Origin: Octopus sinensis
Lineage: Eukaryota
Direction of reading: 5' to 3'
NCBI RefSeq assembly: GCF_006345805.1
Contig: NC_043001.1
Span: 33,418,001-33,482,000, forward strand
Length of the DNA stretch: 64,000 nucleotides
Shown one piece after another: positions 39,457-51,929 of the stretch. Below the pieces are notes generated by a model. That model did not search any database. It saw only the letters and a list, made by a program, of their open reading frames with translations, and was not told the DNA's origin. Position 1 is the first letter of the stretch. Each line of letters opens with the position of its first letter. Both the position numbers and the translations under genes were made by a program.

Positions 39457-40900
39457 AGGTGAGCTGGTAAAAACGTTAGCAAGCCGGCTAATTTGCCGTT
39501 CATCCTTTTGGGAGTCAATTAAATAAGTACCAGTTACGCACTGGGGTCGATATAATCAACTTAATCCGTTTGTCTATCCTTATTTGTCATCTCTGTGTTT
39601 AGCCCCTTGTGGGTAGTAAAGAAATAGGTATTTCGTCTGCCACTATGTTTTGAGTTTAAATTCCGCTGAGGTTGACTTTGCCCTTCAGCCTTTCATCCTT
39701 TCAATCGATTAAATAAGTACCAGTTATGCACTGGGGTCGATATAATCGACTTAATCCGTTTGTCTATCCTTGTTATCCTCTCTGTGTTTAGCTCCTTGTG
39801 GGTAGTAAAGAAATAGGTATTTCGTCTGCCACTATGTTTTGAGTTTAAATTCCGCTGAGGTTGACTTTGCCTTTCATCCTTCAGGATCGATTAAATAAGT
39901 ACCAGTTACGCACTGGGGTCGATATAATCAACTTAATCCGTTTGTCTATCCTTGTTAGTCCTCTCTGTGTTTAGCTCCTTGTGGGTAGTAAAGAAATAGG
40001 TATTTCGTCTGCCACTATGTTTTGAGTTTAAATTCCGCTGAGGTTGACTTTGCCTTTCATCCTTTCAGGATCGATTAAATAAGTACCAGTTATGCACTGG
40101 GGTCGATATAATCGACTTAATCCGTTTGTCTATCCTTGTTAGTCCTCTCTGTGTTTAGCTCCTTGTGGGTAGTAAAGAAATAGGTATTTCGTCTGCCACT
40201 ATGTTTTGAGTTTAAATTCCGCTGAGGTTGACTTTGCCTTTCATCCTTTCAGGATCGATTAAATAAGTACCAGTTATGCACTGGGGTCGATATAATCGAC
40301 TTAATCCGTTTGTCTATCCTTGTTAGTCCTCTGTGTTTAGCTCCTTGTGGGTAGTAAAGAAATAGGTATTTCGTCTGCCACTATGTTTTGAGTTTAAATT
40401 CCGCTGAGGTTGACTTTGCCTTTCATCCTTTCAGGATCGATTAAATAAGTACCAGTTATGCACTGGGGTCGATATAATCGACTTAATCCGTTTGTCTATC
40501 CTTGTTAGTCTCTGTGTTTAGCTCCTTGTGGGTAGTAGAAGAAATATGGTATTCGTCTGCCACTATGTTTTGAGTTTAAATTCCGCTGAGGTTGACTTTG
40601 CCTTTCATCCTTTCAGGATCGATTAAATAAGTACCAGTTATGCACTGGGGTCGATATAATCGACTTAATCCGTTTGTCTATCCTTGTTAGTCCTCTGTGT
40701 TTAGCTCCTTGTGGGTAGTAAAGAAATAGGTATTTCGTCTGCCACGACGTTCTGAGTTCAAATTCCCCCTGAGGTCAACTTTGCCTTTCATCCTTTCGGA
40801 GTCGATAAATAAAGTACCAGTTGCATACTGGGGTTGATCTATTCGACTGGCCCCCTCCCACCAAATTTCAGGCCTTGTGCCTATAGCAGAGAGGACTATT
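39457..40900 (+). repeat. Tandem array of SINE B bodies (period about 181-189 bp, six full internal units plus end units)
   Basis: Unit starts at 39628, 39817, 40000, 40184, 40366, about 40549 and 40730. Confidence 0.95.
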
Positions 40901-41033
40901 CTATTGTTGGAAGTTCTACATGCATTTGTTACATTTACAAATACATAACTAGCAAATGTCAGTGGTACTTACTTTCAATCCTAAAGCAGAAATGTAGGAA
41001 GTATATTTGTGTGTGCAAACACCTACACCCACA

Positions 41034-41152
41034 CACAGTGGGCCAAAAGTCATGCACCTAAACATTTGACATATTTATATAACATTATTCTTCAGTACAA
41101 TCTATATTAAATGAGTTTTAATCTCTTGGTGTGTATGTTTTGGCCCACCCTA
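41034..41152. mobile_element. Small Tc1/mariner-type MITE
   Basis: Imperfect TIRs GTGGGCCAAAAGTCATGCACC / GGTGTGTATGTTTTGGCCCAC. Confidence 0.5.
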
Positions 41153-41248
41153 TCTCTCTGTATCATCATCATCATCATCATCATCGTTTAATGTCCGTTC
41201 TCCATGATGATGATGATGATACAGAGGGCCATATATATATATATATAC

Positions 41249-41281
<33 letters not shown>

Positions 41282-41303
41282 CAGATAATATATATATATA
41301 CAG

Positions 41304-41360
<57 letters not shown>

Positions 41361-41844
41361 GATATATATATTATACATATATATATATTTTTTAAGTACA
41401 TTTGTACAGATGGGGAGTGCTTGTTTTGTTGATCTTACCTTCACAGAAAAGCAAATACACACAGATACATACATATGCATAAATACAAACTCATATATAC
41501 ACACACACTCCTTCTATGCTTCATGGCACTATTTTTTTTTTCCGGGTTTTTATAGCTACATTTTCAAAAGAGGACTATAGCTATCTGATAGCATTATTCC
41601 ACATTAGTTGACTAAAATAAATCAGAACAGAGACAGTAGCTATTCACCAAGCTGCTATAATACAATGTAATTTATATCGGACTATTAAATAAAATAATAA
41701 AAAGAAGCAGTAGGAGGAAACTCGGGGTGGTCTGCATCAGTAAAAATTATTCAGTGACGTCTCTATGCTGTGGGCTGTAGGAGAGTCCTATGGCATACAA
41801 ACTTAACCAAATTTCATGAACTTTGTCAAATCAAAAGTCAAGGA

Positions 41845-42480
41845 TTAGGTTGTCGGATAAATTTGTTCATTTCTTTCTAATGTTATTTAAATTCACACAA
41901 AAATTATTTTTATTAGTGTTTTGTAGTTTTTTGGGGTTTTTTTTAGCTCTTTTCTTCCTCAACAACTTCTGTTTATCATTTTTGAAACTTGAATAAATTT
42001 TACCTCCTTTCAGACAGATAATGACAAAGTACCAAGTAAAGGTGGGGAAAAAAAAAAAATGAATATTTTCAATACCGCCTTCTCTTAGCTTTCATTCAAA
42101 GGTTCCAAAGCTGCATAAGACATTTGTGGTGTGTACAGAGAAGGTGCTAATACTGAAAGAACTGAACTACAGAGAAACAGTCTTCATGCTTCAAAGAAGG
42201 GAAATTCAACCTCACAAACTCTTCATGTTCCAACCAGCCAGTTCAGTTCAAAGACGATTGATTGAACAAGTTTATCCACAAAGATCTGTACCAACCCACT
42301 AAGGAATTGGCTCAGTAGATAGGAAGTGCTCATGATATTTCTGCCGATGACCTTCACTCAATGACCAGTCCAACTGCAATCTTCTTCAATGCAACCCCCA
42401 TCTTGCCATGTAGCCAATTTAACCAAAAATACCATTCAAAAGTTTGGTTGGGAAATTCTAGATCTTTCTTGGTCACATAT
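41845..42480 (+). pseudogene. Decayed, internally deleted mariner transposase
   Basis: TIR-like TTAGGTTGTCGGATAA at 41845. Fragments NEYFQYRLLLAF, DICGVYREGANTERT, FKEGKFNL and KELAQ, then HVANLTKNTIQKFGWEIL; stops and frameshifts present. Confidence 0.8.
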
Positions 42481-43184
42481 CAATAATCATCATCATTTAA
42501 TGTCCATTTTCCATGCTAGCATAGGTTGGACGGTTTGACCGGGGTCTGGGAAGCCAGGAGGCTGCACCAGGCTCCAGTCTGATGTGGCAGTGTTTCTACA
42601 GCTGGATGCCCTTCCTAACGCCAACCACTGCATGAGTGTAGTGGGTGCTTTTTACATGCCACCTACACAGAGCCCAGAGGAGGCTGGCAACGGCCACGAT
42701 CGGTTGGTGCTTTTTACGTGCCACAGGTACGGACGCCAGTCAATGTGGCACTAGCATCAGCATGGGTATCACAACTACAATTTCCATTTGTTTTTATTTT
42801 GATGTACTTGACTCAGTAGGTCACCTCAAGCACAGCAGGTTGCCCTACGATCCAAGGTATTGTATGGAGCTTGAAGAGATGAAAAAAAAGCTAACCTCAG
42901 TGAGATTTGAATTCATAATGGGATGGAATGAATGTAGCAAAGGAGTTCTAATGAAGGTTTTATTTGTTTCAATCATTAAACTATGGCCATGCTAGGGCAC
43001 AGCCTTGAAGAATTTTTATTTGAAGGAATTGTCCCCCCAGTATTTTTTCTTTTTTTTTAAGCCTAGTACTTATTCTATCAGTTTGGCAAAGCGTTTAGCA
43101 ATGTGGATGTAAACACACCAAGCTGTCAAACGGTTGGACAAAGACACACACACATACACACATATATATATATATATAAACATA

Positions 43185-43581
43185 TGTTGTGCTAGATGTA
43201 TGTGTGTGCCATAGTCACTAAAAGATTTACAATCAACAAAAGCCCCTGACCTAGTCAGCCGTAACCTCCAGTACCTTGGGTCACGGTATGAGACAACGAC
43301 AGCAGGACATTTATCAAAAGGTTTAACGACATCTACACAACTGTGCATTTGAGAGAGAGTGTGTAGACACAGAACCACAAGTGTGGGTACAGAAGTAACT
43401 ATATGCAGGTACTGCTGCACATGTTTTACTTCATTGTATGTTTTATTTTTCTTATTCTTCTTAATCGCTCCCTGTCTTTGTCTATAATGTCGCAACGGAA
43501 TCCATCCCTCGCCATTCCTGCCCAATGGTTTAAACCAACAGTCACTTATAGCCTGCTGTATTAAAACCAAGCAAAACAACA
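43185..43581 (+). mobile_element. Probable solo LTR nested in a family A SINE
   Basis: 397-bp insert with TGTTGT...ACAACA inverted termini and ATTAAA near the 3' end; flanks CATA / CACA. Confidence 0.55.
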
Positions 43582-44544
43582 CACACACACGATGGACTTC
43601 TTTCAGTTTCTATCAACCAAATCCACTCACAAGGCTTTGGTCAACCCTTTTGTCAACCCAAAGTTATAGTGGAAGATACTTGCCCAAAGTACCATGCAGT
43701 GGGTCTGAACCCAGAACCACGTGGTTGGGAAGCAAGCTTCTTACCACACAGCCAGGTCTAAAAAGATATATACATAGTGCGTGTATGTGTGTGTGTGTGT
43801 ATGTAACTGCATAAAATAGATGGTAACTATGAAATAAAGGTAGTGAGATGGCACAATGTTGAGTGACATTTCTTCTAACCTTGTGCCCTGAGTTCAGATA
43901 CCACTGAGGTCAACTTTCTCTTTCACCCTTTTGAGGTCAATAAAATAAGAACCAGTCAAGTAGAGGAGTTGATGTAATCAATTTTCCCCCCTCCCCTCAA
44001 AATTACTGATATGTGCCAAAATTAGAAAGAATTATAAAATAGATAAATAATCCCCAAAACTGAACTATATTCTCAATTATATCCACCCGATTAAAGAACC
44101 AAATACCATAGAACATGCTTAACATTGATTTTCCTCGCTTCTAGATTCCAATACTATTCATGTATTACAAACATGTCTACCTACCTTTAAAATAACTCCC
44201 AAAAGATTAATCCAAGGAAATCAATACCAACATCAGAGTCATTATCAAAGTCAATAAGTCACCGACCATCCTGTCACCCAGCCAACCTATACTCTGGTCT
44301 TTCAACAATACATTTCCTACTCCATTCATTATTTCATTTCAAACTCTGCCAATTGGTAAGTCTCTTAATTTACTACATTCAGTAGCAAGAATCTCCAATA
44401 CAAGTTATTGGGATACCTTGGATACTAGTACTGACTCACCAGTAAAATTTCTGGCAAATTCTAATGAAATGGGGCAATGGCAATGCTTTGCCAATGTTGA
44501 GCATTCTGATCCTCTCTTTTAAATGTGAGTAGCCATGTGCTGAA

Positions 44545-45192
44545 TCAGATTTTGTTATATCTTGAGAGGGTCATTACACCAATAACTAACACATGCACTG
44601 GTTCTGTTTCACTTGTACTATTATTAGTCAATTGCTTAACCATCTGGCCAGTTAACTAACCAATTGTTTACTTAATCATTCAGTCAACCAGTCAGCTAGG
44701 TTTGTCAAAGTCCTAGACCTGAAGAAGACCAGGAGTAAGGAGGGCATGTCATTGATGAGGTCAAGAATGGCAATGAATGAACACTGACAAACTTGGCTAA
44801 TTGATTGATTGATTGAGTGATTGACCCATTAATTAATCAAGCAACTGATTAGTTAGTTAGTTAAATGGTTAACCAGCTAATAACAATCCTTTCTACAATA
44901 GACACAAGGCCTGAAATTTAGGAAAATGGTGGGGATAGTCAATTACAGCAATCCCAGTACTCAACTGGTACTCATTTCATTGAGCTTCAAAGGATGAAAA
45001 GCAAAGTCAACCTCAGGGGAATTTGAACACAGAACATTAAGACAGATGAAATGCCACTAAGCATTTTGTCTGGCATGCTAGAGATTCTACCAACTCACCA
45101 CCTTAAATTGACTAATGATAATAAAGAAGTGAAATAGAGTCAGTGTGTGTTCATTATTGGCACAATGACCCTTCCAAGCTACAACGTAACTG
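44545..45192. mobile_element. Old foldback element interrupted by a SINE B copy
   Basis: 44545-44707 is inverted at 44785-44878 plus 45105-45192; SINE at about 44880-45103. Confidence 0.7.
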
Positions 45193-45632
45193 ACTGTGTT
45201 GTTATGTAAAAGAATAAGAAACCTGCTGTAGATCAACTCACAATAAGGAATCAAGTCTACAAACCAATTTTAATTTCTGGCCGAAACTAGTCCATGTCAT
45301 TTATGACACGGATGAGAAATTACTGAACATCACATAAGCTCATGTCCTTCTGTGATAAAAATTACCATACAAAAACATGGAACATGTAGGACTATGTTTT
45401 TGGAGAGGTGACGACTGGAAACAAGCAACATGCTCATTTACAATTATCACATGATGTCAAGATAAGGGTAAATACAGACATAATACACACATCATAATCA
45501 TCATCATTTAATGTCCATTTTCCATGCTGACATGGGTTAGACAGTTTGACTGAAAACTGGTAAGCCAGGGAGCTGCACCAGGTTCCAATCTGATTTGACA
45601 TGGTTTCTGTGGCTCGATGTCTTTCCTGATGC

Positions 45633-45792
45633 TACTAGCGTAGCCAGGAATGGGGGAAGGGCATTCCGTCCCAGGCAGCACTTTTCATCCTGTTGTAGGC
45701 TATTGCTGTAGGCAATATGTGTTTTTTGCAGGGTCCAGGGGCAGAAAACAGAAGGGCTGCCCCAGGTAGCACACACTCTAGCTGTGCTAGTA
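45633..45792. mobile_element. hAT-type MITE nested in a family D SINE
   Basis: TIRs TACTAGCGTAGC / GCTGTGCTAGTA; decayed 8-bp TSD CCTGATGC / CCTAACGC. Confidence 0.7.
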
Positions 45793-45891
45793 CCTAACGC
45801 CAACCACTCCAAGAGTGTAGTGGGTGCTTTTTACATGCTACAAGCATGGGTGCCATTGATGTGCCACACACACACACATATATATATATAC

Positions 45892-46038
45892 ACATATAAG
45901 AGGGATGACCTGTAAGTGGACATCCATTATGCTAGAAGAAGATCCACTATGGTCTTACCACTAAGAAAGGAATGCTCTCAAGAAGAATCTTCTTCTAGCA
46001 TAATGGATGTCTACTTATAGGTCATCCCTCTTATATGT
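45892..46038. repeat. 147-bp palindrome (arms about 52 bp)
   Basis: ACATATAAGAGGGATGACC...GAAGAAGAT pairs with ATCTTCTTC...GGTCATCCCTCTTATATGT. Confidence 0.9.
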
Positions 46039-46938
46039 AGGTAATATAATTTTTTCCGAAACTTCAGATTTTTCAATATGCTAGACCACTGGTTTTAAAT
46101 TGATATCAATCAAATTAATATCCAATTTTTCACCCTTATTATTTTAAATTTAAATTTACATATATATATATATATATATACTTTTTCATCATGCATCTAT
46201 GCTGCACCCTATTTCCTTGTTAACATGTGAAGCTATTTGTTCTATCACTCTCTAGCATTTTGTTCTCATAATGTGAGCCCACTCTGAAAAAACAATTATC
46301 CAGCATTCCTTCTACTCTCTACACTTCACAATGTCTATACACTCATGCCACCAGTACATTATATCTAAATCCATATGATCACACCTCATCTCACTCACTC
46401 ACTTACTCACACTTTCTCTCTCTCCCCACAGACACACACATCAATAACAACAAAGATCTCTCCAGTTAACTAAGTAAAATGGTTTAAACTATGAGTTTTT
46501 TAAAGAAGCAGCCTATATATGGAATCGGTAATCACATTGAGTGTTACAAAAAGTGAACAATTTAAAGTGAGAGGATGAACTAATGGTACTAAGTGTTTAA
46601 TGCTATAGATAACAACTGTTGCAACTTCAGTAGTGGTCATATCACATGACAGGCCACGTCAAATTATATGGAAAAGTGGACATTGAAACAATGATAATGG
46701 TGTGTGCATGTGTGTGAGTGTGCACACACACATAGGAAATTCTTCAAGCACTCCTGTAAAATCAGTCAGCACAAGAATCTTAAAACTTTACATATACACC
46801 TTCTGCTGACACTAACCTATTTAGTACATAGGAAAGAAGAACAGAACAGATGAAAAGGAGAAAGAAAGAAAAAATAATCATCTAATTTATTCATCTGTCT
46901 CCAAAGACCGTAATTCAAATCCAGTAATTCTTTCAATT

Positions 46939-46962
46939 GCCTTCTGGCTAAGATCAAAGTGT
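46939..46962 (+). pseudogene. U2 snRNA 5' fragment
   Basis: GCCTTCTGGCTAAGATCAAAGTGT matches recalled invertebrate U2 around nt 12-35 with one mismatch. Confidence 0.55.
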
Positions 46963-48421
46963 CACCAAAAGAATTAAGATCCATGATGATGAATACTACC
47001 AGTAGCAATCCCTTAACTTCTGCCTTAATCCATCAATGTCACTGCATTGTCTTTGCACTATTTCTCTAGTCATGACTGCTATAAATATAGATCATTGTTG
47101 TTTTCATCATCGCTGACATCATCATCATCAACCCCTGCTAGACACTACTGTTTCAGGGCTGGTTACCTGGGTTCCATGGTGTATAAGGAACCAAAACCAC
47201 AAAAATGGGTGAAAGTAAAAAAATTTTTTACCCTTAATTTATACAGCAATAAGAAAATGGCGGGGATAAAGAAGTGGTATTCATCAACTTTCAGACATTA
47301 TATTATATCTATTTATTAAAAAAAAAAAAAACATTATAACAATATACATACATGTATAGCATAATATGCTTTACATATACAATATATAAAAATACCAGTA
47401 ATTATTAAAATATACAATGTAGATCATAACAGATAGGATAATATCCTACAGCTGTTTCAGCCAAGACGCCAAAGTACCCGGATCTACTTATATCCCTTCA
47501 GTGAACTGAAGACCTCCTACCTCATCAGGTTGCCAGTCCATTGTAGAGTTACTCAATTACAGCCGGGTGGACTGGAGCAACATGAAATGAAGGGTTTTGC
47601 TCAAGAACAAATGTGCTACCCCATCGGAACCCAAATTTTGTGACTGCGAATGCAACACCCTAACAATTGGGCCATGTGCCTTCACAGTACTTCAACACAG
47701 TAGTAATTATACAGCCAAAGTTTACCATGAATTAACAGGCTTAATACCAAAGGTATTACTGTCTTGGATATCTCATGATTTTGTCCATCTACAATTACAT
47801 TGTTCAATGGAGATTACATTTTTCACACAGAGGGTGTGATGAGAGAATTTGGTAGTTATTTCCAGCAGTGAGAGCAATATCTCCAAATGTGGACTAACTC
47901 TGTCTGTGATGTCCTGTCTACATAAACATGGCAAGACAATAGAATAATAACAATGATGGACAAAACACCTATGACAATTACACGAGTAGGCTTCACATGC
48001 AGTGTAAAAGCTCTCTGATAAGTCATAAGGTCTATAAAGGACGACAGATGTAACCACAGAATAATGTTTATACATTTTGACAGCTGTAACTACAGAACAG
48101 CATGTATAAACAATGACAGCTGTTAACTCAATACAGATGTGTTTATAAAATAAACTAGATTACACTAGAGTACAACAGTTTATAAGTAATCACAGACATA
48201 GCTGTGTGGTTAAGTTGAATTCAACTGCATGACTCTTTCAGAAAATATCTTCTACATAGGCGCAGGAGTGGCTGTGTGGTAAGTAGCTTGCTTACCAACC
48301 ACATGGTTCTGGGTTCAGTCCCACTGCGTGGCACCTTGGGCAAGTGTCTTCTACTATAGCCTCGGGCCGACCAAAGCCTTGCGAGTGGACCTGGTAGATG
48401 GAAACTGAAAAGAAGCCCACC

Positions 48422-48520
<99 letters not shown>

Positions 48521-49792
48521 TGTATGTATGTATGTATGTATGTATGTATTATGTATGTATGTATGTATAGGCTTGTGTGTCTGTGTTTGTCCCACCAACA
48601 TCACTTGACAATCGATGCTGGTGTGTTTACGTCCCCGTAACCTAGCGGTTCGGCAAAAGAAGCTGATAGAATAAGTACTAGGCTTACAAAGAGTAAGTCC
48701 TAGGGACGATTTGCTCAACTAAAGGCGGTGCTCCAGCATGACCATAGTTAAATGACTGAAACAAGTAAAAGAGTACTTTTCCATGCTTGCAGGAGTCAGA
48801 AAGAATTTGTTAAGGCAGATTTTCTATGCCTGGATGCACTTGCTGTTGCTAACCCTCCCCTGTTTCCAAGCAAATTAATATTTCTCTATGATCAGACATG
48901 TCTTTTTTTTTATTCTTTCATGAAAGACTGGAAATGAACAACACTGCTTGTATGACAATGATGTTCATTTACAACCATCACATAATATCAAACTAAGGCT
49001 ACACACACACACACACACACACAAAGATAACAATTTCAAAGATAGAAACAAGGTCATGACTTGTTGGAGGAAGAGCATTGTCAATTAAGTCAACCTCAGG
49101 TTCTAAACACTATTTAAAATCAATTAAAATTAATATGATCATTTAAAATCAATGCTCTAGAAACTGTCATCAAAATGTTTACATAAACTATCTCTACCAT
49201 TACCATTGATGAATTGCCTGAAATCACAACGAAAACGAGACCAAAGCCTAAAGATAGACGGCTATAGAAATGTGAAAGGTGTATGGTGATAGTACTATAT
49301 GACCTCATGCTAGACATAGAGGTACTAGTTAAGTGACTGAAAATATAGGAGAGTGTGTCTGTGTGTGCAGACAAGCATATGTAGGTCACACACACATATA
49401 TACATATACTCTTTTTTACTCCTTTACTTGTTTCAGTCATATGACTGTGGCCATGCTGGAGCACCGCCTTTAGTTGAGCAAATCGACCCCAGGACTTATT
49501 CTTTGTAAGCCTAATACTTATTCTATCGGTCCCTTTTGCCGAACCACTAAGTTACGGGGACGTAAACACACCAGCATCAGTTGTCAAGCGATGTTGGGGG
49601 GATAAACACACACATATATATACATATATACGCCAGGCTTCTTTCAGTTTCCGTCTACCAAATCGACTCACAAGGCTTTGGTCAGCCCGAGGCTATATTA
49701 GAAGACACTTGCCCAAGGTGTCAAGCAGTGGGACTGAACTCGGAACCATGTGGTTCGTAAGCAATCTACTTACCACACGGCCACTCTTACGC

Positions 49793-49828
<36 letters not shown>

Positions 49829-50074
49829 CGGTGCTAGTGATTTTATTAAACGGTGCCAAGTTTTACAGTTCTGTAAATATTAATAATGGTATTTTTTTAT
49901 AAGCTTAAAGCTAATAAAAAAAAATACCATATATATCATAATTCCAAAAGAGTTAGAGGTTGTGGATCCAACCAACTAAGGGATAATATCTATCCAATAT
50001 ACTGCTGGTAGAAAACCCAATTATTAATACACAAGTGTTTTTCTTATTTGCATGGCAATTATACTACTGAATGT

Positions 50075-50500
50075 AATAAATGGGTGAGGGTAAAAAAGTT
50101 TTTTACCCTTAATTTATACAGCAATGAGAAAATGGAGTGGATCAAGAGGTGGTATTCATCAACTTTTAGAGATTATATTATGTCTATTTTTTTTTAAAAA
50201 ACCATTATAACAATATATATACATGTATAGCATAATATGCTTTACATATACAATATATAAAAATACCAGTAATTATTAAAATATATAATGTAGATCACAA
50301 AAGATAGGATAATATCTTACAGCTGTTTCAGCCAAGAGGATAAAGTACCCCATCTACTTATATCTCTTCAGTGAACTGAAGTATTTGGTAGATAAGATTT
50401 AGGTACTTGAGTGTGCATCTGGGCTTCATCAGAGAGTTTAGAAAGTTCATAAGGTTAAGTTATAAATACAAATACATACACATATACACACTTATACATA
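50075..50500 (-). mobile_element. Penelope pseudo-LTR-like repeat carrying a hammerhead motif
   Basis: Homologous partial copies at about 47200-47512 and 60238-60410. Confidence 0.6.
50312..50438 (-). ncRNA. Candidate type I hammerhead ribozyme with long stem II
   Basis: Minus strand reads UCU-CUGAUGA-AGCC...GGCU-GAAAC-AGCU-GUA^AGA. Confidence 0.6.
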
Positions 50501-51929
50501 TACATACGTAAACATAAACATACATAAACACACGAATATATAATTCTATATTTTTATATTCATATGTATATGCATAACAAGGAATCAATTATTATTATTA
50601 TTATTAATATTATTAGGTGTATCATATTATTCTTAGTAGATAAAGTATAAACAAGGGAAGGAGAAAGTTATCAAAAGAGAAATAATAGTGGAATATATAA
50701 ACAAAATATCCTAAGATTATTGTAGTTATGTAGGAATGAATAGGTATATAAATGAGGAATACATAAATATATATACATATACATACATACACATACGTAC
50801 ATATATATTTACATACAGACATACCCATATGTACATACATATTACATGTATTGAAAAGGGAGGATTATTGCAATAGTTGGTATTTTTCTTTTTATATACT
50901 TATAATAATTATACACAAACATACATATATTCATATAAACATTCAATATGTTTTCTATTGAGGGTTTTAGACAAAGGTCTACTATATAAGTGGGTCTATG
51001 ATTGGATACCCTTCCTAACGCCAACCACTCCAAGAGTGTAGTGGATGCCTTTTACGTGTCACTGGTACAGGTGTGGAGGCACATGGCCTAGTGGTTAGAG
51101 CAGCAGACTCGCGGTCAAGGGATCATGGGTTCGAATCTCAGACCGGGCGATGTGTGTGTTTACGAGCAAAACACCTAAGCTCCACGCGGCTCCAACAGAA
51201 GGTAATGGCGAACTTCTCCTGACTCCTTCGCCACAACTTTCTCTCACTCTTTCCTCCTGCATCTTGTGGATCACCTGCGACGGACCGGCGTCCCGTCCGG
51301 GTGGGGAACCTATACGCCAAAGAGACCAGGAAACCGGCCCTTATGAGCCAGGCATGGCCCCAGAAGGAACAAACTGGCACAGGTGCTTTTATATGTCAAC
51401 GGCAGACACTATGTGTCACCAACCGTTCTTATGTATTGCTGGCACGGAAGCTGTTATGTGCAACTGGCACAGGCCACAACTACAATTCCCAAAGATTTTT
51501 CAGGAGCCCTTAGAATACTATTGTGGGTCCCCAATCTACTATTCTGTTGCATGGAACCCCAAAAATCTTATATGGACCTTCAGGGGTCATATGAACCCTG
51601 GTTGAGAACCACTAGCCTAGATGATCCCAGAATGTGTTAGGATGTAACTAAATACAGCAAAACATGTTTACCCAACTCTCTACACCTCTTTACTACATTC
51701 TATAAAACACATGAAGGCACATGGCTCAGTAGTTAGAACATCAGGCTCACAAACATGAGGTAGTAAGTTCAAGTCCCAGACCAGACTGTGTGTTGTGTTC
51801 TTAAGCAAGACACTTTATCTCACATTACTCCAGTTCACTCAGCTGTAGAAATGAGTTGTGGTGTCACTGGTGCCAAGCTGTATCAGCTTTTGCCTTTCTC
51901 TTGGATAACATCGGTGGCATAGAGAGGGG

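Noticed and set aside
39457-40900. CRISPR-like appearance of the tandem arrays
   Set aside because: No unique spacers, units are SINE bodies, no cas genes, eukaryotic context
43070-43588. 172-aa ORF
   Set aside because: Chance open frame across an LTR-like insert and a SINE; no recognisable motif
47441-47528. Apparently complete hammerhead using CTGATGA at about 47522-47528
   Set aside because: That core lies at the junction with an adjacent SINE and stem II does not pair
46800-49337. Candidate TMEM192 start via microexons near 49206 (ATG) and 46816 (VSVSR)
   Set aside because: Splice phases do not join the phase-0 exon at 35620
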